64,000 nucleotides of DNA from an uncultured virus (IMG/VR IMGVR_UViG_3300020577_011735) (IMGVR_UViG_3300020577_011735); one strand, 5' to 3'. Positions 20,065-30,391 are shown, counted from the stretch's first letter. Made by a program: numbers and translations. The notes: generated from the letters alone by a model not told the origin.

Positions 20065-21978
20065 ATGAAATATCTACACACATTTGAAAATCATGAAGAA
20101 ATGAATGAAGGACTAAAAAACTGGTTATCTACATTCCTTATTTTGGCTGGATTAGGATTAGTTCCACCAAGTATTGCACATGGTCAAAACAAAAAACAAC
20201 AAAAAGAATTTGTTGATAATCTTGACCAAGGTAAGATTGATGGTGCACTATTCGTTGACTATTTAAATAAACTCAATACAGGATTATTTCAAAAAAGCCT
20301 ATCATCTGAATTGCCATCATTGTTCGATAAATTTAAAGAACAAAATCCAAATATTAAATCAAGTTATGATAATATTAGAAAATATGTGAATAAAAGTGGT
20401 AAGCAATACATGTTTAATCAAGCGTATATTGAACATGATTATTCTGGTGTTGATATTACTAAATTTCATCCAGATAACTGGCTAACTGATATGGGTAATA
20501 TGATTGAAGACTCAAAAGAGCCAAGTATTAATAACTGGATTTCTGATTATGAAAAATTAACTACTACTGAAATTGGAATAATTACAATCAATAAGCTCCC
20601 TGAAGACAAATCTATTGAAGATTATGCACTTGATCAATTCAGAAGGATTGGTGTAGGTAAAGAAGGTGTAAATAATGGTGTTTTGATTGTTCTATCAAAA
20701 GAAGATAGAAAGTGGAATATTACAACAGGGTATGGTATGGAAGGATTCTTACCAGATGTTACTTGCAGTGAAATTGGTAGGGAGCAAATTGTTCCTCATT
20801 TTAAAGAGAAAGATTATTATGGTGGTATAATGGCTGCTTTAGAGCAAATAAAATCAGTTATAGGGAGTGATCTATTGGAAATAAGAAGAGAGGCCATTGC
20901 TAAAAAGAAAGCTTATGATGATCAAAAATCCGCAGAATTTTGGAATAACTTCTGGCAAATAACACTTCAAGGATTGATGGTGGCACTTCTAATTGCAATA
21001 TTCGCATATGGATATTATAAGAGAATGAAAAAGATTAAGGAGATGAAGGAGATGAAAGAAAACATTGATAAAATCCTTGCTAATATAGAGGGGTTGAAAT
21101 CAAAAATTCCATCAAATGTTGGTATAGTTGGAAGTAAATCCCTACAAGCTTCCTATGATGAGTGTAAGAAATATTTCAACAGTATAGTTATTCAAACCCC
21201 AAAAAATACAGCGGAGTTCAAAGAGGAAATAGAGTTAACATATAGTAGTATGTATTCATTATTTAGAAACTACAAATCTAAATACGATGAAATTAGTAAA
21301 TTTAAATCTGCCGCAAGTGGAGTCCAAGATATAGAATCTTCAGCATACACAACAATTGAAAAGGCAGTTAGAGATGCTAAAAAAATAAGCGATTATGGAT
21401 ATGATGCGGGCCCAATTCCAAATAAATCCGAAATTGAGTCTTTATCAGTAATGATACCTCAGATAATATCATTACTTAATACTGATATTGATAGTGCTGT
21501 TTCTTTATATAAGAAATACACCTCTGGTATATCATCAATTATACAAAAGGCCTCAGGAGTAGCAACTACATTAGGATCTATTGAGAATACTATAAGTAGA
21601 GTTAAAAATTGGGAAAGTGAGGTGGATAGACTGATGAGTAAATTTAAAACTGCTGGTGGTGATAAGTCTGAGCTAAATGATCTTATAGATAAATTTAAAA
21701 ATAAATTATCAGTAACTAAAGACTGGTTTGAACTTGAGAAAGCATTAGATAGTGTTATTAATTTTATGAATGATGTAATTGAAGAATATGAAGCAGAAAT
21801 AAGAAGGAAAGAAGAAGAAAGGAGAAGAAGAGAAGAGGAAAGAAGAAGAAGAAGGAAAGAAGAAGAAAGGAGAAGAAGTAGTTATAGCTCTTACTCATCA
21901 TCTTCATCTTCATCATCCTCATTTGGTGGATTTGGAGGAGGAAGTTCAGGAGGTGGTGGAGCATCTGGTAGTTGGTAA
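20065..21978 (+). CDS. TPM-domain membrane protein with coiled coil and Gly/Ser tail
   Basis: TPM signature IGVGKEGVNNGVLIVLSKEDRKWNITTGYGMEGFLPD; TM helix; ends SFGGFGGGSSGGGGASGSW. Confidence 0.85.
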   Translation: MKYLHTFENHEEMNEGLKNWLSTFLILAGLGLVPPSIAHGQNKKQQKEFVDNLDQGKIDGALFVDYLNKLNTGLFQKSLSSELPSLFDKFKEQNPNIKSSYDNIRKYVNKSGKQYMFNQAYIEHDYSGVDITKFHPDNWLTDMGNMIEDSKEPSINNWISDYEKLTTTEIGIITINKLPEDKSIEDYALDQFRRIGVGKEGVNNGVLIVLSKEDRKWNITTGYGMEGFLPDVTCSEIGREQIVPHFKEKDYYGGIMAALEQIKSVIGSDLLEIRREAIAKKKAYDDQKSAEFWNNFWQITLQGLMVALLIAIFAYGYYKRMKKIKEMKEMKENIDKILANIEGLKSKIPSNVGIVGSKSLQASYDECKKYFNSIVIQTPKNTAEFKEEIELTYSSMYSLFRNYKSKYDEISKFKSAASGVQDIESSAYTTIEKAVRDAKKISDYGYDAGPIPNKSEIESLSVMIPQIISLLNTDIDSAVSLYKKYTSGISSIIQKASGVATTLGSIENTISRVKNWESEVDRLMSKFKTAGGDKSELNDLIDKFKNKLSVTKDWFELEKALDSVINFMNDVIEEYEAEIRRKEEERRRREEERRRRRKEEERRRSSYSSYSSSSSSSSSFGGFGGGSSGGGGASGSW

Positions 21979-22077
21979 TTAATAAGGTAAAATTAATATA
22001 TACAAAATGAATCATATTAAACTATTTAATGAAAATTCACTGATATGATAACAGATTGGAAAAATAAAAATTAAAAA

Positions 22078-22611
22078 ATGATAATTAAATTTAATGACTT
22101 CGTAAAAATAAATGAAAATGTTCTTGATACACCAGAAGAATATGTTAAGATTGCTTTAATGAAAATTAAAACTAAATTAGAAAATATGTTTAGTAATAGC
22201 AATCCTGATAGAGTTGAAAAAATCGGAGAAAGAAAACCAGAGGGGACATCTTCACTATCTGATTTTGGGGTTGAACTTCAAAGTTGTGAGTTATCTAGAT
22301 ATTCTAAAACACTAGATAATGTTAAGTTAAAATATTCCGATAATAATGCACTGTATGATCTAACTATTTCAATTGATTTAAAAGAAGCTGTTCCTGAAAA
22401 CCAGGAAGGAGAATTTTCCGATAAAGATATCAAAAACTGTCATGTTAAATTTAAAAAATATGACTCTGATGAATTCAATTTGATTGGTGAAATAAGTAAG
22501 AATATTGAAATTAAAGATATTGATGAAGACTTCCTTGTATCATTAAAAATTGAAATTGATGATGAGTTTGGTGGGGGCGATGAGGAAGAATTAGAAATTG
22601 AAACCGAATAA
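22078..22611 (+). CDS. hypothetical acidic protein with N-terminal leader motif
   Basis: Starts MIIKFNDFVKINE. Confidence 0.7.
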   Translation: MIIKFNDFVKINENVLDTPEEYVKIALMKIKTKLENMFSNSNPDRVEKIGERKPEGTSSLSDFGVELQSCELSRYSKTLDNVKLKYSDNNALYDLTISIDLKEAVPENQEGEFSDKDIKNCHVKFKKYDSDEFNLIGEISKNIEIKDIDEDFLVSLKIEIDDEFGGGDEEELEIETE

Positions 22612-23429
22612 TGAAACATCTCTTTCTATTTGAAACATTTATAGAATTTGAAAAAGAAAGGCAATCTAAAAAAGAAACGCCGAAAAATACACATCTTATT
22701 TATAGTGATGAAGAAATGACTATTAAAGTCGTTAAAACTTTAGACTCATCTAAAACAATTAGTGATCCTCGATGGTGTTCTACCAGTTCTGAAGGATTTT
22801 ACAGGCATAATTTAACATCCAATATGTATAGGTTTACATTCAAAGATGGTTATAAACTTAGACTAACATGGGACTACTATTCCGGTTCCACTTGGGGACA
22901 AGGTGGTGTAATGTCCAATGGTGAAAAGGCTCCTTATTTTGTCATATCTCCAAATGATATTAATGACCCATTTAAATTCAATTATAAAAAAAATGATTAT
23001 AGACAATACATGGTAGATAAAATAGGACAAATTCCAAAAGAAGCCATTGATGCTGTATATGAATACCAACAAAAACATAGTATGGAGAAATCTGCATTAT
23101 ATAAAGGAATGTACAAAGAGATAGAAAAGATAATAATTATTGGTGTTGAAAAATCGGTTGATGATCGGAATGACTTCTATGATATAAACGCTAAATACAA
23201 TGGAAGTGTTTATAAATTTAAAATGATTTCTGGATTTAGCTTATGGTCTCTTGGTAGTGAATTTCGAAAGGATTTTAAAAATAAATATGCTTTATCTGAA
23301 ATTATTACATTAAGGAAGTATATAATTGACAAAACCATAGAATGGTTAAAGTCTAATAACAAAGTATTATATTTACAAATAAGGTCTAATAAAGTTAAGG
23401 ATACTGATAGTGAAGATAGCCCATTTTAA
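22611..23429 (+). CDS. hypothetical protein with N-terminal leader motif
   Basis: Starts MKHLFLFETF; RWCST motif. Confidence 0.7.
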   Translation: MKHLFLFETFIEFEKERQSKKETPKNTHLIYSDEEMTIKVVKTLDSSKTISDPRWCSTSSEGFYRHNLTSNMYRFTFKDGYKLRLTWDYYSGSTWGQGGVMSNGEKAPYFVISPNDINDPFKFNYKKNDYRQYMVDKIGQIPKEAIDAVYEYQQKHSMEKSALYKGMYKEIEKIIIIGVEKSVDDRNDFYDINAKYNGSVYKFKMISGFSLWSLGSEFRKDFKNKYALSEIITLRKYIIDKTIEWLKSNNKVLYLQIRSNKVKDTDSEDSPF

Positions 23430-23937
23430 TAAATATGATATGGTAAAAACATATAACGTAGTAACAAATCAGAAAGTTATACAAACAATCAAGAAAAGTA
23501 AATATTTCAAAGTTAATTTAGGGATGGCGGTCACTATGGAAAAAAACGGGGAACGTATCATTAGTGATAAAGATCAATTCTCAATATCCTATAATTTTCA
23601 ATATAAAACAACTATCTATGCTCAGGGAAATGTTGGTAATATTCGATTCTATCTAGATTATGGAATACATGAAGATATATTAGCTATCTATTATGATTTG
23701 GAAGAATTTTTATTTGATTATGACCAAGACTTTATCGCACATAAAGGGGTCGATGCCTATATAGGGTATTTACTAAAAGAGGTTGATGATAGGTATCATG
23801 AAAAAGTTCAAAAAGATAAAGAAAAGGCGGAAGAAAAAAATCAAAAAATTGGATCACCAGATAAGTTAACAATTAATCCAGGAGCAGTTACATATGAGGA
23901 CATACAGGCCTATATGAAAACTAAAAGGAAAATTTAA
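23410..23937 (+). CDS. hypothetical protein
   Basis: 175-aa ORF. Confidence 0.65.
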   Translation: MKIAHFNKYDMVKTYNVVTNQKVIQTIKKSKYFKVNLGMAVTMEKNGERIISDKDQFSISYNFQYKTTIYAQGNVGNIRFYLDYGIHEDILAIYYDLEEFLFDYDQDFIAHKGVDAYIGYLLKEVDDRYHEKVQKDKEKAEEKNQKIGSPDKLTINPGAVTYEDIQAYMKTKRKI

Positions 23938-24167
23938 TTATATAGAAAACTACATAATGATCGATAGATGGTTTTTCTATCTTCTTCTATTAAATCATCA
24001 TAGAAAAATTCAAGGTCCATATCATTCACAAATGAATGTAATACTATAGCAGATCCATCTCTAATTTCTAGAGAGTTTATTGTAAATCCATCTACATCAA
24101 TATCTATAAATATCTCATTATAACTAACTCCTAATATCTTTACAATACGGATTAGATCGTCCCTCAT
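23934..24167 (-). CDS. hypothetical protein
   Basis: 77-aa ORF with TATATA upstream. Confidence 0.55.
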   Translation of the reverse strand: MRDDLIRIVKILGVSYNEIFIDIDVDGFTINSLEIRDGSAIVLHSFVNDMDLEFFYDDLIEEDRKTIYRSLCSFLYN

Positions 24168-24264
24168 ATCACTATATATTTTTATAAATATTTGATAAAT
24201 AATATGTACAATAAATTTTTAAATTTTTAGTAGAAAATTAAAATCATAATTAAATATATAGATT

Positions 24265-25494
24265 ATGATCACAAATTATGAAGACTTTCAATTTGACCTA
24301 TTAATAGAATCAATGATATTAGAATCAAAAATTCACTATTCAGATAAATTTATTAACCTGGTTAGCCAAATTAAGCGTAATAGGATATCCAAAGAATTAC
24401 TCAGTCTAAATAAAAATGGTGTAGATAAAGATTTTACACAAAACTATATAGATACTGGAAAAATTAAAGATGAGGTAACATTTACATCAGATAGAAAAGC
24501 TAAGGAATTTTTCGGGGATGATAATCCAATTATGAAATATAAAGTAACGCATTCAGATAGATACTTAACTCACAATAATAGAAATGCTGATATATTTAGT
24601 AGATTAGGTTATACAGTCCCAGATAATGAACCATGGGAGCCACCGAGAGGTGCAGTGGGAATTATAAAATCTGAGGCTAAATCTAATATGAGTGATAAAA
24701 TTTATGTATGGTTTATATCAGATGATGGCAGACAATCTGTTATTAATAAAAATGCATTGATTCCATATGACGAAAAAATGACTAAAATATGGTCAACCTT
24801 TAGAAATAATATTAAAATAGGAAGACTAGTTAGGTCAATTTTATCTGCCGCTGGAATATCATTTACTGATAAGGAAATTGAAGACTTTGTTAACGCTTAT
24901 AAATCTACATATGATGTATTAAATGATGCATTTTTAAAATTTAGATTGGTTGAAGGCAATGATATTTCCTATTGGTATAGTCGTGATAATTATGAAAATG
25001 AAGAGTCTACACTTGGTAGCTCCTGCATGGCAGGTGTTGATGAAGATTATTTTGACATATATGTAAAAAACAAAAATTGTAAGCTTCTTATATTACAATC
25101 AGATAATGGAGTTATACAAAATGGAATTTATGTTTCCAAGAAAATAAAAGGTAGAGCACTTGTTTGGACAACCGAACAAGGAGATACTTTTATGGATAGA
25201 ATTTATACTAACTATGATTCGGATGTTGCTCTATTTCAAAAATATGCCTTTGAAAAAGGTTGGTGGTCTAAATCTCTTCAAAATTCATCACATAGTTTTA
25301 ATGTTACTAATGGAACAACTTCTAAAAATGCTGAATATACAGTAAAGTTAGATGAATCCAGATTTGACCACTATCCATATGTTGATTCATTAACTTATAT
25401 AAATTTTGATAATAAGATAATTTCAAACTATCCTGGTGGTATAGATGCACAAGCTGAGATGAACGATACCGAAGGATATTACAGAGAATTGTAA
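24265..25494 (+). CDS. conserved phage protein (TLGxSCM / GRALxW / FMDRIY family), paralogue of 46967-48298
   Basis: Multiple colinear motifs shared with the 46967 ORF; leader MITNYEDF..LIES. Confidence 0.75.
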   Translation: MITNYEDFQFDLLIESMILESKIHYSDKFINLVSQIKRNRISKELLSLNKNGVDKDFTQNYIDTGKIKDEVTFTSDRKAKEFFGDDNPIMKYKVTHSDRYLTHNNRNADIFSRLGYTVPDNEPWEPPRGAVGIIKSEAKSNMSDKIYVWFISDDGRQSVINKNALIPYDEKMTKIWSTFRNNIKIGRLVRSILSAAGISFTDKEIEDFVNAYKSTYDVLNDAFLKFRLVEGNDISYWYSRDNYENEESTLGSSCMAGVDEDYFDIYVKNKNCKLLILQSDNGVIQNGIYVSKKIKGRALVWTTEQGDTFMDRIYTNYDSDVALFQKYAFEKGWWSKSLQNSSHSFNVTNGTTSKNAEYTVKLDESRFDHYPYVDSLTYINFDNKIISNYPGGIDAQAEMNDTEGYYREL

Positions 25495-25575
25495 ACTTTT
25501 TGATTTTAAAATAATATATATAGTAACACAATGGAGATAATTTCACAAGTTGTAATTTAAAGATAATTTCAAAAA

Positions 25576-26295
25576 ATGGACACACATATTAATAATATTG
25601 TATCAATATTCGAATATTTCTCAACCGAAATTAATGATGATAAAACGAATTTCAGAAATCCTAATGTTTGGGATAACATCAATACTGCACTTAGAAGAAT
25701 TTATCGAATCGAATTATTAATTGGAATCGAATCCAAATTAGATCAGAAAAAACCTCAACAATTTCCTCTTGTTAAGAAAGGAGGATCTTACTCACAGATA
25801 TATTCAACACAATATAAAGCAAATGATGTTTTAAAAATTGAATTTTCAATGTTTTATCCCAATATTATTTGTAGATTACACGAAGAAGAAATTTTAGACC
25901 TTGATATAAAATACGAATCTTTCTATTATCTAATTAAAAAATATAAATTAATCCGAGGATTATTAAGTACTGATGGAAAAATGTGCTTGAAAATGTACGT
26001 CAACTACTTCTATGGTAAAAAATTAACAAAAGATGAAAGGGAGTTAGTAACAGGTAGAGGATACTCTATAATGGAACATTTTACAAAATATGACGGGTGG
26101 ATATATGCTGATACGGATATCTTTTTTATTAAAGACTCAATTGGATTAGATGAAAAATTAAAAAACGAGTTGTCTATTTTAGAATTACCTTATGAACTTG
26201 AATACATTCGTGAGATGTTGGTAATTGAGCCAAAAAGGTATGTAGAAATAGATATAAATGGAATTGGTAAAATTCATGGAAGGTACGGGAAGTAA
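25576..26295 (+). CDS. miniature family-B DNA polymerase-like protein (palm/fingers only)
   Basis: Motif A-like KIEFSMFYPNII, motif B-like LKMYVNYFYG, motif C IYADTD, downstream PKRY. Confidence 0.65.
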   Translation: MDTHINNIVSIFEYFSTEINDDKTNFRNPNVWDNINTALRRIYRIELLIGIESKLDQKKPQQFPLVKKGGSYSQIYSTQYKANDVLKIEFSMFYPNIICRLHEEEILDLDIKYESFYYLIKKYKLIRGLLSTDGKMCLKMYVNYFYGKKLTKDERELVTGRGYSIMEHFTKYDGWIYADTDIFFIKDSIGLDEKLKNELSILELPYELEYIREMLVIEPKRYVEIDINGIGKIHGRYGK

Positions 26296-26349
26296 GAAAA
26301 AAAAATAAAAAAAAGGTGTATCTTTGTATAGAAAAATAAATTTATTAAT

Positions 26350-27267
26350 ATGAAAATTAAAGACGACATAGACACAAGTAAGTATGAAATTGGAGTAATC
26401 ATTGGTCGATTCCAGTTACATCAGCTTCATAAAGCACACTGCGATGTAATTGAAAGTGTTTTATCTAATCACAAAAAAGTAATCCTTTTCTTGGGTGTTA
26501 CTAAAGTAATTGGATCAAGTTCTAATCCACTCGATTTTGCTTCAAGAAAAGCAATGATTCAGGAAAAATACCCGGAAATCGTTGTTCTATCTCTTCCTGA
26601 TACCAGAAGTGATGAAATATGGTCTAGAAATCTAGACTCAAGAATTAGAGAAGTATTTCAAATTGGAAATGTACTTCTATACGGAAGTAGAGATTCATTT
26701 ATTCCACACTATAAAGGCCAATTTGATACCGCTGAGTTAGAACAGGAAATCTATGTATCTGGAACAGAGGTTAGAAAACAAGTTTCAGAAGAAATTAAAT
26801 CCTCAAAAGAATGGAGAGCTGGTGTTATATATGGCAGTTATAATAGATATTCGACCTCTTATCAAACAGTAGATGTTGCAGTTTTTAATGAGGAAGAAAA
26901 CCAACTTCTATTAGCTAAAAAGCCAGGTGAGGATAAGTATAGATTTATTGGTGGATTTGTGGATGTTAAAGACACATCACTTGAACATACAGCCAAGAGG
27001 GAGTTTATGGAAGAAGCCGGCGCTGAAATTTCTATAACTGGGTATATCGGTAGTTTCAGAGTAGATGATTGGAGATATCGTTCTGAAAGAGATAAAATTA
27101 TGACTACCTTATTTAAGGCTAAATATCTATTTGGTCATTTAGAACCATCAGATGATGTTGAAGAACTCAGATGGTTTGATTTAAAAGATTTAAAAGAAAT
27201 TGGTGGAATACAAAAATTGATTGTTGAAGAACATCAATCAATGATGTCTATTTTACTAACAAAATAA
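26350..27267 (+). CDS. bifunctional NMN adenylyltransferase / Nudix hydrolase (NadM-Nudix)
   Basis: IGRFQ..HKAH (HxGH-like), SGTEVR, Nudix box GGFVD...TAKREFMEEAG. Confidence 0.92.
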   Translation: MKIKDDIDTSKYEIGVIIGRFQLHQLHKAHCDVIESVLSNHKKVILFLGVTKVIGSSSNPLDFASRKAMIQEKYPEIVVLSLPDTRSDEIWSRNLDSRIREVFQIGNVLLYGSRDSFIPHYKGQFDTAELEQEIYVSGTEVRKQVSEEIKSSKEWRAGVIYGSYNRYSTSYQTVDVAVFNEEENQLLLAKKPGEDKYRFIGGFVDVKDTSLEHTAKREFMEEAGAEISITGYIGSFRVDDWRYRSERDKIMTTLFKAKYLFGHLEPSDDVEELRWFDLKDLKEIGGIQKLIVEEHQSMMSILLTK

Positions 27268-27282
27268 AAATAAATTAAAAAA

Positions 27283-29028
27283 ATGGGAACACACAATAGT
27301 AACAACTACGACATTGAAGATACACAATTTGGAACTTCATTCGGATACTGCAGACCGTACACCGATCAATCAAATGAGTTCATAAGTGTAAAAAAAGTAA
27401 AACTACCTAAAAGAAAAATTCATAAAACCCCAAGATTACTAATCGCTGATTCTTATACAATTAGTTCTAATTTGTTCGCTTCAGAAGAAGCTAAAGAAAA
27501 ATCTGTTTATTACATTACCTATCGTAGGGTATTAGAAAAAGTCAATCACAATCTTTATAATAAAGGGGATAATCGTATTGTATTTACTGGTTTGTCAAGA
27601 ATACTTGATTATTTATTTTACGAGCCAATTACACATGAAGAAATTGATGAAACTAAAAGATTCTTAGCAGATAAGAAAGTAACTACAAAAGGCCTTAAAC
27701 CAATGTACTTCCCAGAGGAACTTTGGAGAAGAATTGTAGATGAGTATAATGGTCGACCTCCAATTAAAATTAGAGCGGTTAAAGAAGGATCGGTTGTATA
27801 TCCAAATGAACCAGTTGTTATCATTGAAAATATCCCAGAAGGATTTGGTGAATTAGCTGCTTGGTTTGAGAGTACAATTCTAAAGATTTGGGCTTCTTGT
27901 GAAATGGTTACACAACTTGCTCACTGGTTTGAATATTGTAAGAGTATAGTATATCATGTATATAGAGATACCATTTCTAAAGACCAGGTAAAGTTCTTAG
28001 CTGGATTAATGTTACATAACTTTGGATGTAGAGCGGGTATGGTTCCACAAGAATCCGAATGGCTAGCCGCAGATGCACTTTATATTTTTTCTGGTACAGA
28101 TACATTTTCTGGAGCATATCAAGCATGGAAAAATTCAGGAGAAGCTGCAGGTATCGCAAGTTCTGTATTTGCTTTGGCTCACAGAAATGTTCAAGGGTTT
28201 GAAAGTGAAAAAGATTGTCACGAAAAATTAAACAGTGTCGCTGAAGATGGATCTATTGACTCACACGTAGCTGACTGTTACGCATATTTCGACACTGTTG
28301 AAAACATTTTACTTCCGTTAGCAATGCAAAATGCAATTGAAGAAAATGGCAAAGTTGTTGTAGGTCGCCCTGACTCTGGAGATCCTGCAGAACAAGTATT
28401 ATGGTTATGTAAATTGGCACACAAACACGGATTGTCTACTGTACAAACAATTCTTAAAAAAGAATGGCGTTTTGGAACAAGTATGAAATTTATTGAAGGT
28501 GATGGTATGAGTTGGGAAAAAATGAAAGAGATTAATGAAGATTTGATTCTACATGGGTTTCCTCCTTTCGCTTGGGGTCTTTATGGAGTTGGAGGTGGAT
28601 TGAGAAATGAATTAGCAAGAGATAACTTCTCAGCTAAATATGCACTATGTGCTATTGGTAAGGAATTGAAACCTGTTTGTAAGTTCTCTGAAACACTTGA
28701 GAAAACAACATTACCAGGACCCTTTAAACTCTTAAGAAGTAAAGAGGCTTTAGAGTCTATGAAAACAGTTGTCTTCCCAGACGAGCCAGGAGAAGATGTA
28801 ATGGTCGATTATTTTAATGGGGCCGATATATGGGAACCTTTCAAAGAGGGTTATAATGACGACTTCTTGACTATTAAACAACGTATTCAAGACCAAATGG
28901 AAACAATGCCATTAACGCTATCAAATATGGACAATCACAATTATCCAACATCTGATAAGATTAAAGAGGTAAGGATTCAGTTATTAAAGAAATACGCTCC
29001 TAAAAAGTTAGCTCAAAACTATTCATAA
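27283..29028 (+). CDS. nadV: nicotinamide phosphoribosyltransferase (Nampt)
   Basis: ADSY, LHNFGCRA, FSGTDT, RPDSGDP, EGDG, GVGGGL; adjacent to NadM-Nudix. Confidence 0.88.
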   Translation: MGTHNSNNYDIEDTQFGTSFGYCRPYTDQSNEFISVKKVKLPKRKIHKTPRLLIADSYTISSNLFASEEAKEKSVYYITYRRVLEKVNHNLYNKGDNRIVFTGLSRILDYLFYEPITHEEIDETKRFLADKKVTTKGLKPMYFPEELWRRIVDEYNGRPPIKIRAVKEGSVVYPNEPVVIIENIPEGFGELAAWFESTILKIWASCEMVTQLAHWFEYCKSIVYHVYRDTISKDQVKFLAGLMLHNFGCRAGMVPQESEWLAADALYIFSGTDTFSGAYQAWKNSGEAAGIASSVFALAHRNVQGFESEKDCHEKLNSVAEDGSIDSHVADCYAYFDTVENILLPLAMQNAIEENGKVVVGRPDSGDPAEQVLWLCKLAHKHGLSTVQTILKKEWRFGTSMKFIEGDGMSWEKMKEINEDLILHGFPPFAWGLYGVGGGLRNELARDNFSAKYALCAIGKELKPVCKFSETLEKTTLPGPFKLLRSKEALESMKTVVFPDEPGEDVMVDYFNGADIWEPFKEGYNDDFLTIKQRIQDQMETMPLTLSNMDNHNYPTSDKIKEVRIQLLKKYAPKKLAQNYS

Positions 29029-29048
29029 TAAAATTTCATAATAAAATT

Positions 29049-29082
29049 AAACCACACCTGGTCTAAGGGTGTGGTTTTTTTT
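29049..29082 (+). terminator. Rho-independent terminator
   Basis: ACCACACC/GGTGTGGT stem followed by a T-run, downstream of Nampt. Confidence 0.75.
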
Positions 29083-29149
29083 GTACTATCCTAAGGTAGC
29101 AGTACGTATCTTATATATTAAAATAGTTTTTCAACTTAATATATACATT

Positions 29150-29554
29150 ATGAAAAATATTAAAACATTTGAAGGTTTCTTTAAAAAAAATTTAGATGTT
29201 GAAACAGCGAATGGTATCTTAAACAAATTAGATTCTTTATCAAATTTAGAAGTTGTTGTTGTAAGGAATCCTCACTCCTATGCTGATAGTACACATTCGT
29301 TTACACTTGATGATTTTAGTATTAAAATAGAATTATCGGAAGGACCTGCTAGGCTTTTCAATACCTCTATACCACTTGCCTCTGATGGTGGTGTATCTTA
29401 TAAGATATTTATAGATGATGTTAAATTAAACATAAGCCATCTTCTAGCTAAGAAAATTTATAAAAAAGTTAAATTTTTACACGAAGCAGCATCTAGAGAA
29501 AATATTGAATTTATTAAAAAAGATGCTCATACAAATTTTAGAAAGTATAGATGA
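29150..29554 (+). CDS. hypothetical protein with N-terminal leader motif
   Basis: Likely start 29150 (MKNIKTFEGF) just after TAATATATA at 29137. Confidence 0.65.
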   Translation: MKNIKTFEGFFKKNLDVETANGILNKLDSLSNLEVVVVRNPHSYADSTHSFTLDDFSIKIELSEGPARLFNTSIPLASDGGVSYKIFIDDVKLNISHLLAKKIYKKVKFLHEAASRENIEFIKKDAHTNFRKYR

Positions 29555-30099
29555 AATATCTTAAATTATATGAGAATTTTAATGATGACTATGAATTTAT
29601 AACAGACTTATTTATTGAAGTTGCAGATAAGTGGAATTTAAAGGAAGCAACGAATAATCAGTTTAATGGAAATAGTTATAGGTTTGTTAAACTTGAAGAT
29701 GTTCAACTCCAAACAGTATTAGTAATAATTAGATATGAAATATTTAATTATGATCCTAATAATCATTCATATGATAATTTAGATAAATTTATTGATAGTA
29801 AACTACTAAATGATTTAGAGAGGTATAGGAATAGAGTTTGTAACTACTATAATGGAATTGAAGATGAGAATGATACTATTTGGAAAAATTTTATTAAAAA
29901 TATGACAAATGATTATAATAAAACAAAAGAAATAACCGATGATCATATACAAAAAATTATAAAACTAGGAAATAAGGTTAAAAAGGAAAAAATATCATCA
30001 AATATATCTAAATCATTTTCAGATATTAGAGCTAATCCATATATTGATCAACCACATAGAAGAATAATGGAATTAACTATTGAATTTAAATTATATTAA
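29551..30099 (+). CDS. hypothetical protein with N-terminal leader motif
   Basis: Starts MKYLKLYENF. Confidence 0.7.
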   Translation: MKYLKLYENFNDDYEFITDLFIEVADKWNLKEATNNQFNGNSYRFVKLEDVQLQTVLVIIRYEIFNYDPNNHSYDNLDKFIDSKLLNDLERYRNRVCNYYNGIEDENDTIWKNFIKNMTNDYNKTKEITDDHIQKIIKLGNKVKKEKISSNISKSFSDIRANPYIDQPHRRIMELTIEFKLY

Positions 30100-30110
30100 A
30101 TATCACATAA

Positions 30111-30140
30111 AAAAATAACCGTAATTATTACGGTTATTTT
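30111..30140. terminator. bidirectional terminator
   Basis: AAAATAACCGTAAT / ATTACGGTTATTTT inverted repeat between convergent genes. Confidence 0.65.
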
Positions 30141-30391
30141 CCAAATTTACTTGCCATATTCGACATACCACTCATATATGAAGATGGGTTAAAATTAGGT
30201 GTATTCATCTTCTGTTTCTCTTCTTCTCGTTTCCTTTCCTTTTCTTCTTCATCTGTAATTTCATTTACAATTTTAATATTCTCTTCAAACATCCAGTATG
30301 GCCATGAATCAATACTTTTTTCTTGCAAGTGATAGTGTTTTTGAAGAAGTAGTTTATTCTTTAATAAACTTTTCAAAGGCATCATCATCAA
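30134..30391 (-). CDS. small protein downstream of baseplate-hub-like gene
   Basis: IDSWPYWMFE...EEEKER pattern, overlaps end of 30354-31286. Confidence 0.55.
   Translation of the reverse strand: MMMMPLKSLLKNKLLLQKHYHLQEKSIDSWPYWMFEENIKIVNEITDEEEKERKREEEKQKMNTPNFNPSSYMSGMSNMASKFGK

Noticed and set aside
21800..21975. GAA/AGA and TCA/GGA low-complexity repeats
   Set aside because: They encode the E/R and S/G tracts of the TPM protein and are not a repeat array.
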